The notes: generated from the letters alone by a model not told the origin. Shown: positions 40,263-52,905, numbered from the stretch's first letter. The stretch: DNA of 64,000 nucleotides from Balanoglossus misakiensis (GCA_040954595.2 CM082577.2:3305703-3369702), one strand, 5' to 3'. Program-made: numbers and translations.

Positions 40263-43200
40263 CCTGCCTCCGTCTCTGGGAAAATTTTCGAGCTCATTTG
40301 TTCGACAGTTTTTATCTCGTCTGTCGGTCTTGCCATGTTGTGTGCATGTAATGAACATGAAGATTATCATCAATATGATAAGCCGTGGCTTTGAGATTCC
40401 CCGAGTAAGTGGTTCAATGTCAATGCCGTTGGCATGGCAGATATCGTTGATAAGGGATGAATGAGATGCTAATTTTGCGGTGGGAAGACATTGGGTGGGC
40501 GTCTTTGTTAGACGGTCAGCAAAAAGTATAGATAGTATTGAACACAGAGAGAGAGAGAGAGAGAGAGGTGTCTTAGACTAAAAACAATCAATGAAATTTT
40601 TCGACTTAGATCGTCGTGAAATCAGTGGATATAAACACACAGTCACCCCCGGCAGTCACCCTGCCAGACGCTAATGACATGGTTTAGAGAAATAAAGTGA
40701 TATGTAATATTTCGTATCAAAAGTTGTTGTCTTTTGTTGGCATTGCAAGACCAATTAGGGTAAAGGCTTCTGCTAAAACTGTTGCATTATGAATTCGCTA
40801 TTTGAAACGGGGCGTCCAGAAAATAATTGTAGTTTAAGCGACAATGCTTGGCAAACACGCACATCCAATATACATTAGATGGTTCGATTCGCTTCGAACG
40901 TTTATTTTTGGCGTGTCGTAATTATCTCGATTCGGTTGAATCATCAATCCACGACGTGTTGTCTCATCTGCGTCTGTTAAAACACCATCTATTTTCAGGT
41001 TGGTGGCGAGGTGGCCCGGTGATTAAACACAGCCAGATACTCGCTCCATCCCACATATCAATCCGATAATCATCCCATCGAGCGCGCTCCGTCACCATCG
41101 GCAACAGGTTGCAAGATAAAGCGGCATTTAATGTTTGATAATGTGTGAATAGGCGGATAATTTGTCTTCGACGGGGATTCATACAAAATTGATTTGCGCC
41201 CCATGCATAAATTATTGTGTTACAACACGATGACATGTGCGACATCATTTAAGCAAAGTTGAGATATTATTCCCGACACGTAGCTGACATGTTGATAAAA
41301 TTATTATGAATAGGCCAGCTATCGCTATATTTTTCTCCTTCCACAAAGTGAATTTTAGCCTAATGTCCCCAAAGAATTATTGGATAATTTTATAACACAA
41401 GGCACAACGTGGGTTGTGTGTATCGATAAAGAAAACGGGCGACGATGCCAACGTATTTATCTAGAAAAGAGACGGACCTAAAAATGTTCAAAATTTATGA
41501 TCCATGTGAAAAAACAAATACAGCAAACATTGACGAACTTACGCAGGTGATGTAGACAAAGTATTAGTATTATTATCACATGTTGGGCTTTCTGACGAGT
41601 GGGCTCGTGAGGCCATAGCGCCCTCTACCACTGTCAATGTTACCATTCGGTTACGTGCTGGATCCGTCGAGGAGCGGAGGCGATCTTATGAACTTTACAA
41701 ATAGTGCGTTGTTCCCCACGCTGACCCCCACCTCATTTGTCTCAAGTTTTTGGCCGACATTTCCTGTCAGGCACTAGTGGTTTTATGGCGAAATAATTTG
41801 ATTTTAAGCTCTTTCGAGTGCCTTGATTTCGCCCCGGAATCGTTGAAGTTATAATCACCGGGAAAACGGTTCACCTGTCGGCTCCGCTTTGTCACCTACT
41901 CCAATCTAAATCCCCTTTAATTAAGTGTGGTGACACGCGCACTTGACACGCGACTCGCTGATAATATATACACGGCTTGACCGATACCAACGCGGGTAGG
42001 CTTGGCTGTGTCTTTTTTACGCCGCTTCGGACAGCGTTCTTATCATGCACGCGGTACGCTCGTAACACTCACTCGCGATAGTGGAAATCCTTTGCGCGCG
42101 GCGATGCAACACCACCTGCCGGCGACTGTTGACCCATTTCGCGGTTGCTTGTGAGAGTGTTTGCTCAGGCGATACCACGGGTTTCCACACACAAATTAAT
42201 AAAAAAAATAACATCAACAAATGACGAGAACTAGTTTTGCCCCCCCCCCCCCCCGCTGGGCGCTGTTTTGAAATAATAGTCTCGACCAATTAACACCATT
42301 CTCTCGCAAGCGGTAAATTGAATTGCAGACGCTGTGAACCTGGATCGAGAGAAGTGATGACAGTTCGCCACGATCAACTGAGTGGTGTCTGTCGCGATTT
42401 CTGAAGAACTCGGACTCCGGTCACTTTCAACAGGTGCGCCTACTTGTTGCTCTGTTGTCATAGACAGGGGATCTTCTCAAAATTCCCGCTGGAAATCCCC
42501 ATTCAAGACTCAAGTTAAAAGGCAAGGTACTGTGATTCTATGTTCAGTGAAATCACTGACATGACTGAGGCCATTGTTGCATTCGGCGCTTGAGTACATT
42601 CGACTGATTGAACTTTGTTTCGTATCCTTGGTGACCAGAAGTTTACCTGCCAATCAGTGCAGGGGGATTTACGTGAAATGAATATTAAAGGACCCATGTG
42701 TACATCAGCGCTATTAAACTGCATGCAGTTTTTTTAAACCGTTGGAGATGAAAATAATGTTTTCATATAATTGATTTCTGTCCGTACAGCGGTTATTAAA
42801 CGAGTCACGTTTATTTATGAAACACCCCCAACTCCTGATGGCTGAAAGTGGATCTTTTGCATGCCTCGTCAACTTCGCCTACATACCTTGCTGACGTCAT
42901 ACCAAGACCATGTGATGTGATCCATTAATGCGACAAATAATGCGCCCGGTTTTATCCTCTGTGATCACAATGAAGACAAGGCCACTCCACAAGATAACAA
43001 GTTTCCGGTAAAGTAGTTGCTGTTTTGCACGCGGCCGTCCGGACGAATAACGAGAATTGGAATCTGATGACGTGATAATGGACCGACTTGTGACGTTGAT
43101 TGATAGAAAACTGTCGCGGAAGGCTCATCTCTGACAGTCGGTCCTCGACTTGATGAATTTCAAGGGACAACGCCACTGAAGCACGGCCAGACATGTACTA

Positions 43201-44819
43201 ACTCAAATTAAAATATCGTTTCCCGCCTACTCTGTTGGTGTCATAATTAGTTTGGGTTGTCGTTTAAACTGAAATCACACGTAACTCACCACGCAATATA
43301 TATCGGAGGAATTTCACGAGATGGCAGTTGGCGCCAAAATTTGTGGACTATATTAAAACGTGTACGAGGCTAGGTGATTTTCACGCCGTCATTTGGGAAA
43401 ATCAATAAATTTGGCACCACGTCAGTAAGAAAACTAAACAAAGTCAATTAGGAAATAGTTGTGCCCAAAAGGGAAAGTTATGTCGATCAGACTTTCAAGC
43501 CAATGTCAAAGTCAAAAGGACTGTGTTTATGTGGACGACTGTACGTCATCAATTCTCGCTGGAGTCGACCCGAACAGAAAATATAGCGCCACCAAGAGAT
43601 GTACTTAGCTGACAAAAGTTTGCGATGCCAGTAACCAAACCTTCAACCCCCCCCCCCCCCGCGCGCACGTTAGCCGGGAAAGGTCAGCCCACGCTGGCGA
43701 CCATTACTTTGCGTCAACGTCGAGTAAAGGTCGCGGCGGCGATATTAACTGAGCTTTACTGAAGTATAGCGAAATGGGGTCGCGTTAACGGACATCGATT
43801 ATTTTCCGGCGAAGTTTGTTCTTGACTTGATCGATCTTGCCTGCCTTTATTACCTCTTGCCCTGGTTTATCTTCCCACGAATTGCGGAGGTTAAAAAAAT
43901 CCAACGACGACGTCTTTTGCTAAATCATAAAATCGATGATGATGATGATGATGAGCCGCATCCAGCGACGTTGCCAAGGCAACTCGCCCAAGCGACACTC
44001 TGCGTTCATGTGGAGAGAGAAAACTGAAGAGGGCGAGTGTGCGGGTTGCTGCTCAGATCGCAATCTGGAATACTCGTGCATTTGGGCGACTGTGATTGAT
44101 CGTGGAGTGCATGTAAACACGGAGGAAGGATTGGGCCATGTTGAGAGGAGACGAAACGAAGATATCGCCGCTAGACTGTCTGAAAAGTTTTTTTTCAAGA
44201 GAGATATTACCAACTGATGCGGGGCGTCGATCAGAGCTTTTAAGATTCATGAAATAAATCACACCGGAGTCAGGCTTGGTTTCATTTTTTTTCGACAAGG
44301 GGGTTCACATGCAAGTATCCTCAAGTATACTCATCACTTAAAAATGAACCACTCTAAGTTTTTAAAGTAAAATCATGAAAATAGTGCAAAAATTAGCAGC
44401 TATTGGGGCTTTAACTATAGCGACAGCAATGATGCAGCCACATCAGAGGGCATTACCCATATAGTTGAATACACATAAGATTCCTCGGTCAATAACTCCC
44501 GAGATACAAATGTAAACAGTCGCTGTCTTAGACAAACACCGCCGTCCTGATCACCGTGCAAATATTAGTGATACATACATCCATGTAAATATCAAGTTTG
44601 TTTACCTATGATGAAAGAGAAATAAATTCGTATCTCGTCACGACACGGCAAAGCAAATTTCTGATCTCAGTTGCCTGACGTTAGTCTAGATGAAGGCCAT
44701 TGTATCAATATTTTAATATTTTCCAGCATTTCAGTCGTACGATGGAACGGCTGGTATAATGATGTTTTAGGAAAGCTTAGTCGTGCCTGCAGACAGTTCG
44801 TTTAAATTTACAATCGACT

Positions 44820-44904
44820 TTCTGTCTCTCCTTGTCCCTCAGTCTGTCTGCCTCTCTCTGTCTCTGTCTCTCTCTGTCTCTCCCTCTCTCTGTCTCTCTC
44901 TCTC
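44820..44904. repeat. (TC)n/(TCTG)n low-complexity tract
   Basis: Directly visible. Confidence 0.8.
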
Positions 44905-45530
44905 ATATGGATGGGAAAGTTCATCTAACAAGCAAAGAATAGCGTGAAGACCGGAGAAGGAATAAATATAATTTTATTAACTAAAATTTTCGGTAACTAC
45001 CTAGAATAACATCAGGCACAGGTGATATCAACAAATTACAAGTAAAGAGACTGTACGCCGCGTCACACTTGACCAATTTTTTCGTTGTGTTAACTAGCAA
45101 AACTAGCAACAAACGCTTCTTAACTCGCATGAGATGCATGAGATATTTAAACGCTGGCTGCTTCAGAGCGAATCAGGTGGCGATCTTGTGGCCTCGCTTT
45201 CGATTCTCCCATAAGGACTTGCGCCAAACGGAAGTCGTCGGTTTTTGTGAATCCGCTCCCAAGTCACCGCATCTTCACCGCTTTCTCGCGTTGTCCCAGG
45301 AAAGTCCACTGTATAGCCGTCAGTCAGAAAAAGTTTACGCAAGAAAACGAGCTACTTATCAAGTTACATGATATCATTGCACTATCCTACGCTAAATATA
45401 TACAAATATCGTAAATCCTACTGCCCACAAAAAATCGTGCGAGTTCCGCATCCAATTCTTAAATTTTCAGTATTGAATTTAAAAAAGAGGTGCTTCTTAA
45501 ATCCTATGCAGTATATAACAGATATGGTTG

Positions 45531-45924
45531 TTTATTTTCAAATCTACATTTTCATAGCATATTTGATATCGAATCCTTTGAGGGTATTATGAAGATTGGC
45601 ACAAAAATACGGCGTATTTGATTGAATAATTTTAAAGCCGTCAAAACGTTGAATGTGGCTACGAATACGACCACGCGGCCAAGAAAGCTCGGGTGGTAAC
45701 GTTTGCCCTTCTCAATTACCAGTCATCTGTTGTACAGACTCTACACCACACAGATATAATCGGATTTGTAAATACAGATTTTTGTGGAAGAAATCTCTCG
45801 AAAGAAAAACAAATCAGCTATAGACCTCAAAGTAACTAGTATAACTGCTAACGTAGATGAACGAAAATGCATAATCGTCACAGTGAGCAGTTATGACCGT
45901 GAAATTGCTTCAACAAATGGGAAC
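45531..45924 (-). other. Probable 3'-UTR terminal exon of the CART-like precursor gene
   Basis: Very strong acceptor TTTTTTTTTCTTCTTGTTGTTTCAG|G at 45924, with stops within 16 codons in all three frames. AATAAA on the minus strand at 45531-45536 (another at 44973-44978). The 3' end is uncertain. Confidence 0.45.
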
Positions 45925-46959
45925 CTGAAACAACAAGAAGAAAAAAAAACAGTAATAAAATCTGCATTAGTGACAATTTAGAGACGGGCTCTTGTTTTAA
46001 GTTCTGGTTTCATTTGCTTTCAATTTCACTGATTTGGAAACTTTCCAGATTTCTCATAACAAGAACCTACAAATTCTTTCCTTTTAGTAGTGAATTACGG
46101 CGTTGTATTTACTCCTGGATTCATTTTACCGTGGACGACTCAGCAATGTTGAAATGAGCAAAACCATAAATGTGAGTGGGTGATTTTTTAGCTGCAGAGA
46201 CCAAGACGCTGATGTATTAGTCGTATGAAAGTCACAGGGGGAGGTAACCTTGACTCTTTTTGCTACTGATATTTGATATTTATGACGGTGCGTCAAAGTG
46301 ATCAACGGCGATCGTATTGGAAGCTTAGTCCGTGATTCAAGCGGAAGGTTATTTCCTTTCTCAAAAACTCGATTTACCCGACGTAATCCCTTGTGATATA
46401 AAATCAAACAACAGATTTTATCACCAGAAAAAAACAACCGATCTAGATCAAGATTACTGATGACTCCGAATACGTTCTTTTATTTTCGAATTTATTATCG
46501 TTTGTTTGATCGATGAGCTTCCACGCCCGCAAGCTTCATTAGCTGTAACTTTTGGCATTTGAAGTTTCAGTCAGACAGGGAGCTGTCCAAACAATTCATA
46601 TCAAGAAGTAAACTATACACCCACTTACAAGGTCATCTCCAAACCAATTTAAGTCGACTCTTAATTCATACGACACTTATTAGAAGTTAAATTTCTCTAT
46701 TCGGATGCAAACTATACTGGAAAAATTAAGATTTGGCTTGAAAAATACATTAATCACCGTAGGGGTTAAGGGATACCACTTTTCGAACTTTCGCAAAATT
46801 GCGAAATTCAACATGGCCGCCAACTTTGATCTATTTAGCTGAATGCTAAAAACTACAGCTATTGGAAGTTCGAATCGTTGGCTAATAATGTTCTCAATTG
46901 AATCGAAATAGAGCACTTGAAATCACAGAGAAATTGAAACTTACGCACGGCTAAACAAT

Positions 46960-47112
46960 CTAAGGTTGTTTATACACGTATCCAACAGCACTCCATTTAC
47001 ACTGGGCGTTGGCATATTTCCCCGGCGCGACGCAGTACGTGAAGATGTTGCACTTGCATGAGAACTTACTCTTGGAAGCTGGCTTGCATACTTGTCCAAC
47101 GGAACAGGAAAG
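46960..47112 (-). CDS. Secreted neuropeptide-like precursor, second coding exon: six-cysteine CART-like domain
   Basis: Branch point CTAAC plus acceptor ATTTCGCCCGCAG|CTT, phase 0 and in frame with the previous exon. Encodes LSCSVGQVCKPASKSKFSCKCNIFTYCVAPGKYANAQCKWSAVGYVYKQP*, with TAG at 46960-46962. A donor TGC|GTAAGT follows 15 nt after the stop (after 46945). Confidence 0.8.
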   Translation of the reverse strand, partial: LSCSVGQVCKPASKSKFSCKCNIFTYCVAPGKYANAQCKWSAVGYVYKQP

Positions 47113-47359
47113 CTGCGGGCGAAATGTTAGAAATGAGTGGCGGGAAAAAAAGGAAAGTATGTTCCGTCGGCATGGCAACATGTACATCGTACAGCCTGTC
47201 GAAAACTGCGTTTTCATTGCTTCTTAAGAGTCGCCGAATTATATAGAGTCATACAGGGACCATTAAGACGGTTCGGAAACGTCTGAGATCAAATACTGAC
47301 GTAAATTATGATGTGTACAGTTAACACAAGGGTGTCGAAATTTTTAACAGAACTCTTAC

Positions 47360-47593
47360 AATTGACGAATAATCCTTGATAGAAGTGTCGGTGGCGCTGA
47401 TGGGTGAATAGGCTCTCCTCCACAAACTGTTGCCTTCGAATCGGTCGCCGTCTTCGTCGTCAAAGTTTTCATCTAGCAACTCCTCTGGTATTCTGTCCCC
47501 GGCTGGGAAGTAGGGATTTGGATAGGCGACACCAACGTCCAATAAAAGAAACACGCTCAAGGTGAAAAGAGCTATGGCGACTGTCGTCTGCAT
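47360..47593 (-). CDS. Secreted neuropeptide-like precursor, first coding exon (signal peptide, acidic pro-region, RR site)
   Basis: Acceptor TTCTCCTTTCTCCTACAG| with exon start at 47605 and ATG 12 nt later. Hydrophobic signal MQTTVAIALFTLSVFLLLDVGVA|YP, acidic spacer EELLDENFDDEDGD, then WRR|AYSP. Donor ATT|GTAAGA after 47360, phase 0. Confidence 0.85.
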
Positions 47594-47632
47594 CGTTCGT
47601 GTGTTCTGTAGGAGAAAGGAGAAGTCACATCA

Positions 47633-47726
<94 letters not shown>
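47633..47726. repeat. Perfect (ATCT)n / (AGAT)n tetranucleotide microsatellite, about 23 units
   Basis: Directly visible and uninterrupted. Confidence 0.97.
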
Positions 47727-49540
47727 GGTTACGGAATGTGAACAGAGCTCAAACAACGGACGACAGAGTAATTGAATTAAGGCATATAAATAATTCAAAT
47801 CCTTTATTAGTTGGCAATGAGTATTTCACGGATGTTGAAAAGTTATCCCCCAATTCGACCTTACATCATTCACCGGTGATGCTGCGTTTATTGTATATGA
47901 ATGTTGAATTATTCATTTTAATATCAGATTTCCCATTCACCCTAACTTGCACATTTCTGTGGTGGCAACATTCATAAACTTTCCGCCATTTCGGAGCGCA
48001 TCGCACCGCCGTAACCTTGCCGACATATCAGTGGCATTCTCCGCTTTGAAATTACGACTCGTCGGCTATTAACGACATTGACGGGAAATAGATAGTTGAG
48101 CTGCCGGAAATTGAAATATTCGAGGCCGTCGGTTCCAATCAAAGCGTCGATATGCCTTCCGACGGCGAGAGATTTGTGTGTGAGAATCCGCAATTTATCA
48201 CAATTTTAGTTTTGTTTGACCGATCAAGTATCGGAAACGCCTTCGTTGACTAGACGACAATAAACACACGGATCAAACAATGCGCCGCCATGAAACACAG
48301 AAGAGTGTTTATTATAATCATTATGATCATCATCATCGTTATTTATTTCTTCCTCTTTAAAAGAAGACTTAAACAGCGCGAGAGAGTTTGCTGAAGAAAA
48401 CGACTGAAACAGATTCTGACGTCATAAAACCCAGTAGCATCGCATGGCTTTGCTGAAAGCGCTCCCTGCAAGAAACGAGTCCGTTACGATGCTTGGCTGG
48501 CCCAATACTAAACAGAATATATTTTTTCATCAGTTGCCGTGGGGCGTTTAATGAGCGTCTCATCAACTGGTTGATATAGCAAAAATTACTTTGTACGTCC
48601 GACCTGCCGTTTTGTTGAATTGTTCATAAAGTGTCATATAATGATCGCTGCTTGGTGACGGAGTTCTAGAAATTGATATTGCCTTGGTCACTCGAAAGCG
48701 CGCGCTCCCATAGTGACATGTTTCCATGGTTACGACGTTTTAACTGGCCTTCTTCTTTGCTTTTGTGGACTTGGAGTTGCGGTAGGAATACCATGATCAC
48801 CAATAAGATTGTGGCGGACCTCTGTTGGATTCGCATAGAAGATTCATAAGAAAATTACCCGTGTCGCGCTAATGGCTGTAGTCCCTAAAAGGTCATTAAC
48901 GTAACTGTTGATTTTAAATTTGGGATTCTCTCATCACATCAAATATTTGGTAGGACTTGATCATTGAACATTAATGGTTGGGTGTTTGTTTCCAAAACTA
49001 TTGCACTTGTTTAAGTTTTTAATCTATCTCCCGCGAGTCGTTCCTCAGCGTGTATATACAGTATACATTTGTACATTGTACATGTATACGATTAACGCTC
49101 TCGCAAGCCACAATAAGAGAACGTGTCCGATCGCTTCCGTTCGTTGCCGAGTAACGGGGTTCGGCATGATCTAGGCCTATTTCCTTGGGCAAATTGAACT
49201 GAGTATGTACAGATTAATTTTCACTTAAAAAACTCTGGAAATTAAGTCACACAATATGGATTAACCTTGGTAAAAATGCATCTCTAGTCTCTGGCAACAA
49301 AAAATGGCTTGTTTCAAAATTGAAATTCAAGCTTCGTCGGAATTTCCGAATAGCTCGGGTTAAAACAACACTTCGATGCACGACCGACCATTAAATACCC
49401 TGTGCCGATTGAATGCATTAGCGAATTCCACTGGACGTTTTTTTCCTCGCTCGCCGGAGCGCCGTTAGCGAACACAAAAGGCGTGAAATTGTCGCAGTCG
49501 ATAACCCAAAAACTTCAGACAATTGCGGGCACTCTCTGGC

Positions 49541-49548
49541 TTTTTATA
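49541..49548 (-). promoter_or_regulatory. Candidate TATA box (TATAAAAA) for the CART-like gene's non-coding first exon
   Basis: GCTATAAAAAGCC on the minus strand about 1.9 kb upstream of the first coding exon. That exon begins with a splice acceptor, so an upstream exon is required. The assignment is inference. Confidence 0.3.
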
Positions 49549-52500
49549 GCTTTGTTCAACCGAAAATTACGTGTGTATTCAATAAAGAATTGTGCATTAG
49601 GAACAGAAAGAGCGCCGTGCATATTATCGTGCTTTCATATTCCAAACGTCGGGGAAATTTGCGTGAAATGCACTCAGCCGTCTCGATTAATGCACGTCGT
49701 TTTCCCGCCCGTGTCAGCGGCGGCCGCGTCCCCGCGGACTTCTCAATGCGCACCAAATGGAACACCGCGCCTCGACACTTTGACACTAGCGATCTTTATT
49801 CGCGCGCGGGAACGACGTTTGTAATGAGGGTGCAGTTCGTCTGGAAAACAACTTGAGTGAAACCTGTCCCACGTGTTGGCAGAAATCAAATTAAACAAAG
49901 AGAAATAACTCGCGCCCTCGAGATGAGAGAGAGTGAACGATAAATAGGAAAGTTTTTAGCGATTGGTTGAGTAAAAGGAATGCGGTGATTTTGAGTTATT
50001 ACTTTACGCGAATAAAATGTTGCTGTCATGGGACGCAGGCAGGTGATTTCTGCGATGATTATGCAGGACCTGTCGCGCGACATACGCTCTTTTTCCCGCC
50101 ACGTGATAATGGTCATCTGAGACGCAGAAGTTGTCAAAACACCTTTTAGACTGCGGCACTTCGTGTTTTAGTTCACCACACATCGCCAACTTCACATTAA
50201 CCACACGTTTACTTAGCGCCATAGTACCGGTGTTCAAGACTTCAACCTAGCTGTAACAACCTCTCTACAATATGGCGGGTACAGTATAGGGGTCGTGTGA
50301 ATCACTGGAATGATAATTGGCGCTGAATTCCTATAGAGGGCGGTGGTCGAAGAAAACATGAGATCAGTCAATAAAAAAATGAATTTTCTCATCAGGATCG
50401 TTGCAGGCTCGGTAGAAGAGAGAGACGCTTTTCAAGACAGTGTCAGCAGTAGCGAGGTAGCTACCAAGCGAGTGGACTTCACTATTTTCCGTGACATGAT
50501 TGCAGGGGAGGGATGGAGAAAAAGTAAATCAATCGAGGTCAACCAAAAAGCACTATACGTGCTTTACAAAGGACGCTTGCAGAAGTGATGTCCAAGACGT
50601 TAGTACTCAACGTTAACTTCGCCGCGTATAGAAGTAATGCAATTTGGTGAATAGATTTTCTCAAGTGTGTGCGTTGCCATGTTTCATTTCCGATTTCAAC
50701 ACCTGCGCGCGATAAAATGTTCTGAGAAAACGTTGTTCTTCTTCTTTTAAAGGACCTGGTGACGTTTCAATATCTTCAGAAGCTTTCTTCGCCTTGATTT
50801 AAACAAAATGAGAAAGAGACGCATTGCTTCCGGTGCTAGTCTTTATCCGATGACAAACGCGTTTCTGTTAAAGGTAGCGGTACGTGCGTAAGTTTAAGAC
50901 TAATTGTGCATCTTGCCTTATGGTTTTCAGAAAAAAACATCCGAACAAAAAGCGCGCACAAATTTATGGAACCTCACAATAATGACGTGTGTTTAATATT
51001 GTTAAGTATCTGATCTGTTGCTGTAGACAATTATAAATACAACCGTTTTACTGTAGATGACACTTGTTAAATCCATATTACCAACCTGGGGCATATGATG
51101 GAACGCACATGTAAGAAAACCCCGGTGCAATAAATTACCGTGTGCTGAAAATAACTTGTCATTATATCAGTATTCAATTCGTGGATGGTTTCGACAAATG
51201 TTGGTACGCGACGCAGTACCGAAAAAAACGTATGCCATCGATTAAACATTTAGTGGTAGAAACACGGGTTGTACATTGCACGATATCCGTGCACATAACG
51301 TGCGACAGAGGCTTACCAAAGCTCTCGACGAGAGGTATACTGGCCAGCGGGCGCAAAGAACGGAGGGTCTTCCTTGAGATATGGAACTTCAAACTCGGAC
51401 GACCGACCACACCCCAGTAAAACTTGCCAGATGGTTGATATTTCCGGCGAAGGGGCCCAGACAAAAGAGAAAGCGCATTAATTGACACGTCGGCAATCGA
51501 GGATAATGGCGCTTCATATCGTGTCCAGTACCAGCATATCCAGCCAGTGTGTTGGTAATAATAGTCACCTATCGGTTGCGATTACGCGCAAAAAATAGAA
51601 GCCTGTGTCCGCGGAGCGTGAGCGCGAAAATGTGGTTTTACGATGCGGTTCACAAAATGGCGGCGTCATACTAAAGTGACTTTCTACCATCGGAAACCAC
51701 TTGCTAGTATAAACCAGTGGTGCGCCGACGGATGAAAACCGGTTTTAGTCTTTGGCTGAATGTACCGCAATTATGACACTCTATAATTCTGGTAGGACTG
51801 TCCGGTGGCTAAGCATTCATTAGTACCCATCCCGAATTTGTAGGTACATGTACGTGTGTCGCCCGCACGTATTGTCAAACGCATTTGTCGGTGATGATGT
51901 TTTTATGTTCGCGTGGATTTGCAGGTAGTTCATTTCCGATATTTGACCTTCTTATGACCTAGCTAGCCTGAAAATTTCTCAGCGGTTGGCTCTATGCTTG
52001 GCACAAATTAGACATATTTTTTCAAGGTCCATCTACTTTCTGTTGTATGCTTCTCAAAGTGTTATCAAGAAGTCCATCGTTCGCGTTACATGACACCATA
52101 AATTGGGCTCCAAAAGATGAAACACGTTGCATTCTTTGAGAAAGTTCTTTATGGTGGTAACCCAAGGCCAGTTAAATTTCAATTACTATCCAGAATGTTA
52201 CTCCGGTGGAAAACAGTCGAGAATTACTTGGCGATGCCGATGTGGATACTTTTCTGCCCAGTTAATTTCAATAAAGAAGACACTCTGTCGGCAGGTGTTG
52301 AATGCAAAACAAGAGGAAATGGCGATGTATTTCCACAGAACGTCTTTCCACGTCCATTAAAATAGAACCGTTCTGAATAATATGGAGTCGTTTGTTTGAA
52401 ACATGAAAAGAAGCTGCGATTTAAAATCGTGAACATGCACAATTTCATTTTCCGGGCTTAATTTCCCGTCAGGGTTGACACTGGCATTGTTAGAAGTTAT

Positions 52501-52803
52501 TCCGACTGCGAGGTCTCCGTTCACTTTACCAAACTGTTGCGAGACGACCGCCATATTGTTCGTGTCGCAATATTTAATGCATTGTCGTGCAGATGTTACA
52601 ACTTTCTACTGAAAAAAAAACTCACTTCTTTATATCGCCAGTTTATTGACATGTGTTTGGTAATATTACACTCAGCGAAATAATTATTTAACCAAGTTTG
52701 AACGAAAACTTCTTTAAGAATATCTAGCAACGTTCTCTTATGTACTTATATGTAGACGGATGGATGTCACGTGGGAACGAACCAACCAATTAATTTTCCT
52801 TTC

Positions 52804-52905
52804 TAAAGGCCGACGATCGTCTTAAGCAGATATTGACTATATACATTTTTTTGTAACCAGAGTCTCTGGTTTGGCACGTGCGCATATGACGATCGTCGAC
52901 CTTTA
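52804..52905. mobile_element. MITE-like element with 24-bp imperfect terminal inverted repeats (Kolobok-like ends)
   Basis: TAAAGGCCGACGATCGTCTTAAGC (52804-52827) matches the reverse complement of 52882-52905 (TAAAGGTCGACGATCGTCATATGC) at 21/24. Ends read CTAA-AGG...CCT-TTAA. Internal perfect hairpin AACCAGAG-T-CTCTGGTT at 52855-52871. Confidence 0.55.

Noticed and set aside
43827-44298. Overlapping ORFs around the (GAT)n repeat, considered as further exons of the peptide gene
   Set aside because: The peptide CDS already terminates at 46960, and these frames give no meaningful product.
47360-47413. Resemblance of SATDTSIKDYSSI to glucagon/GIP-family N-termini (TFISDYS), and a possible join to an acceptor near 45308 giving WTFLGQREKAVKMR*
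   Set aside because: The much closer exon at 47112 has a better branch point and acceptor and gives a coherent six-cysteine domain. The short similarity is probably chance.
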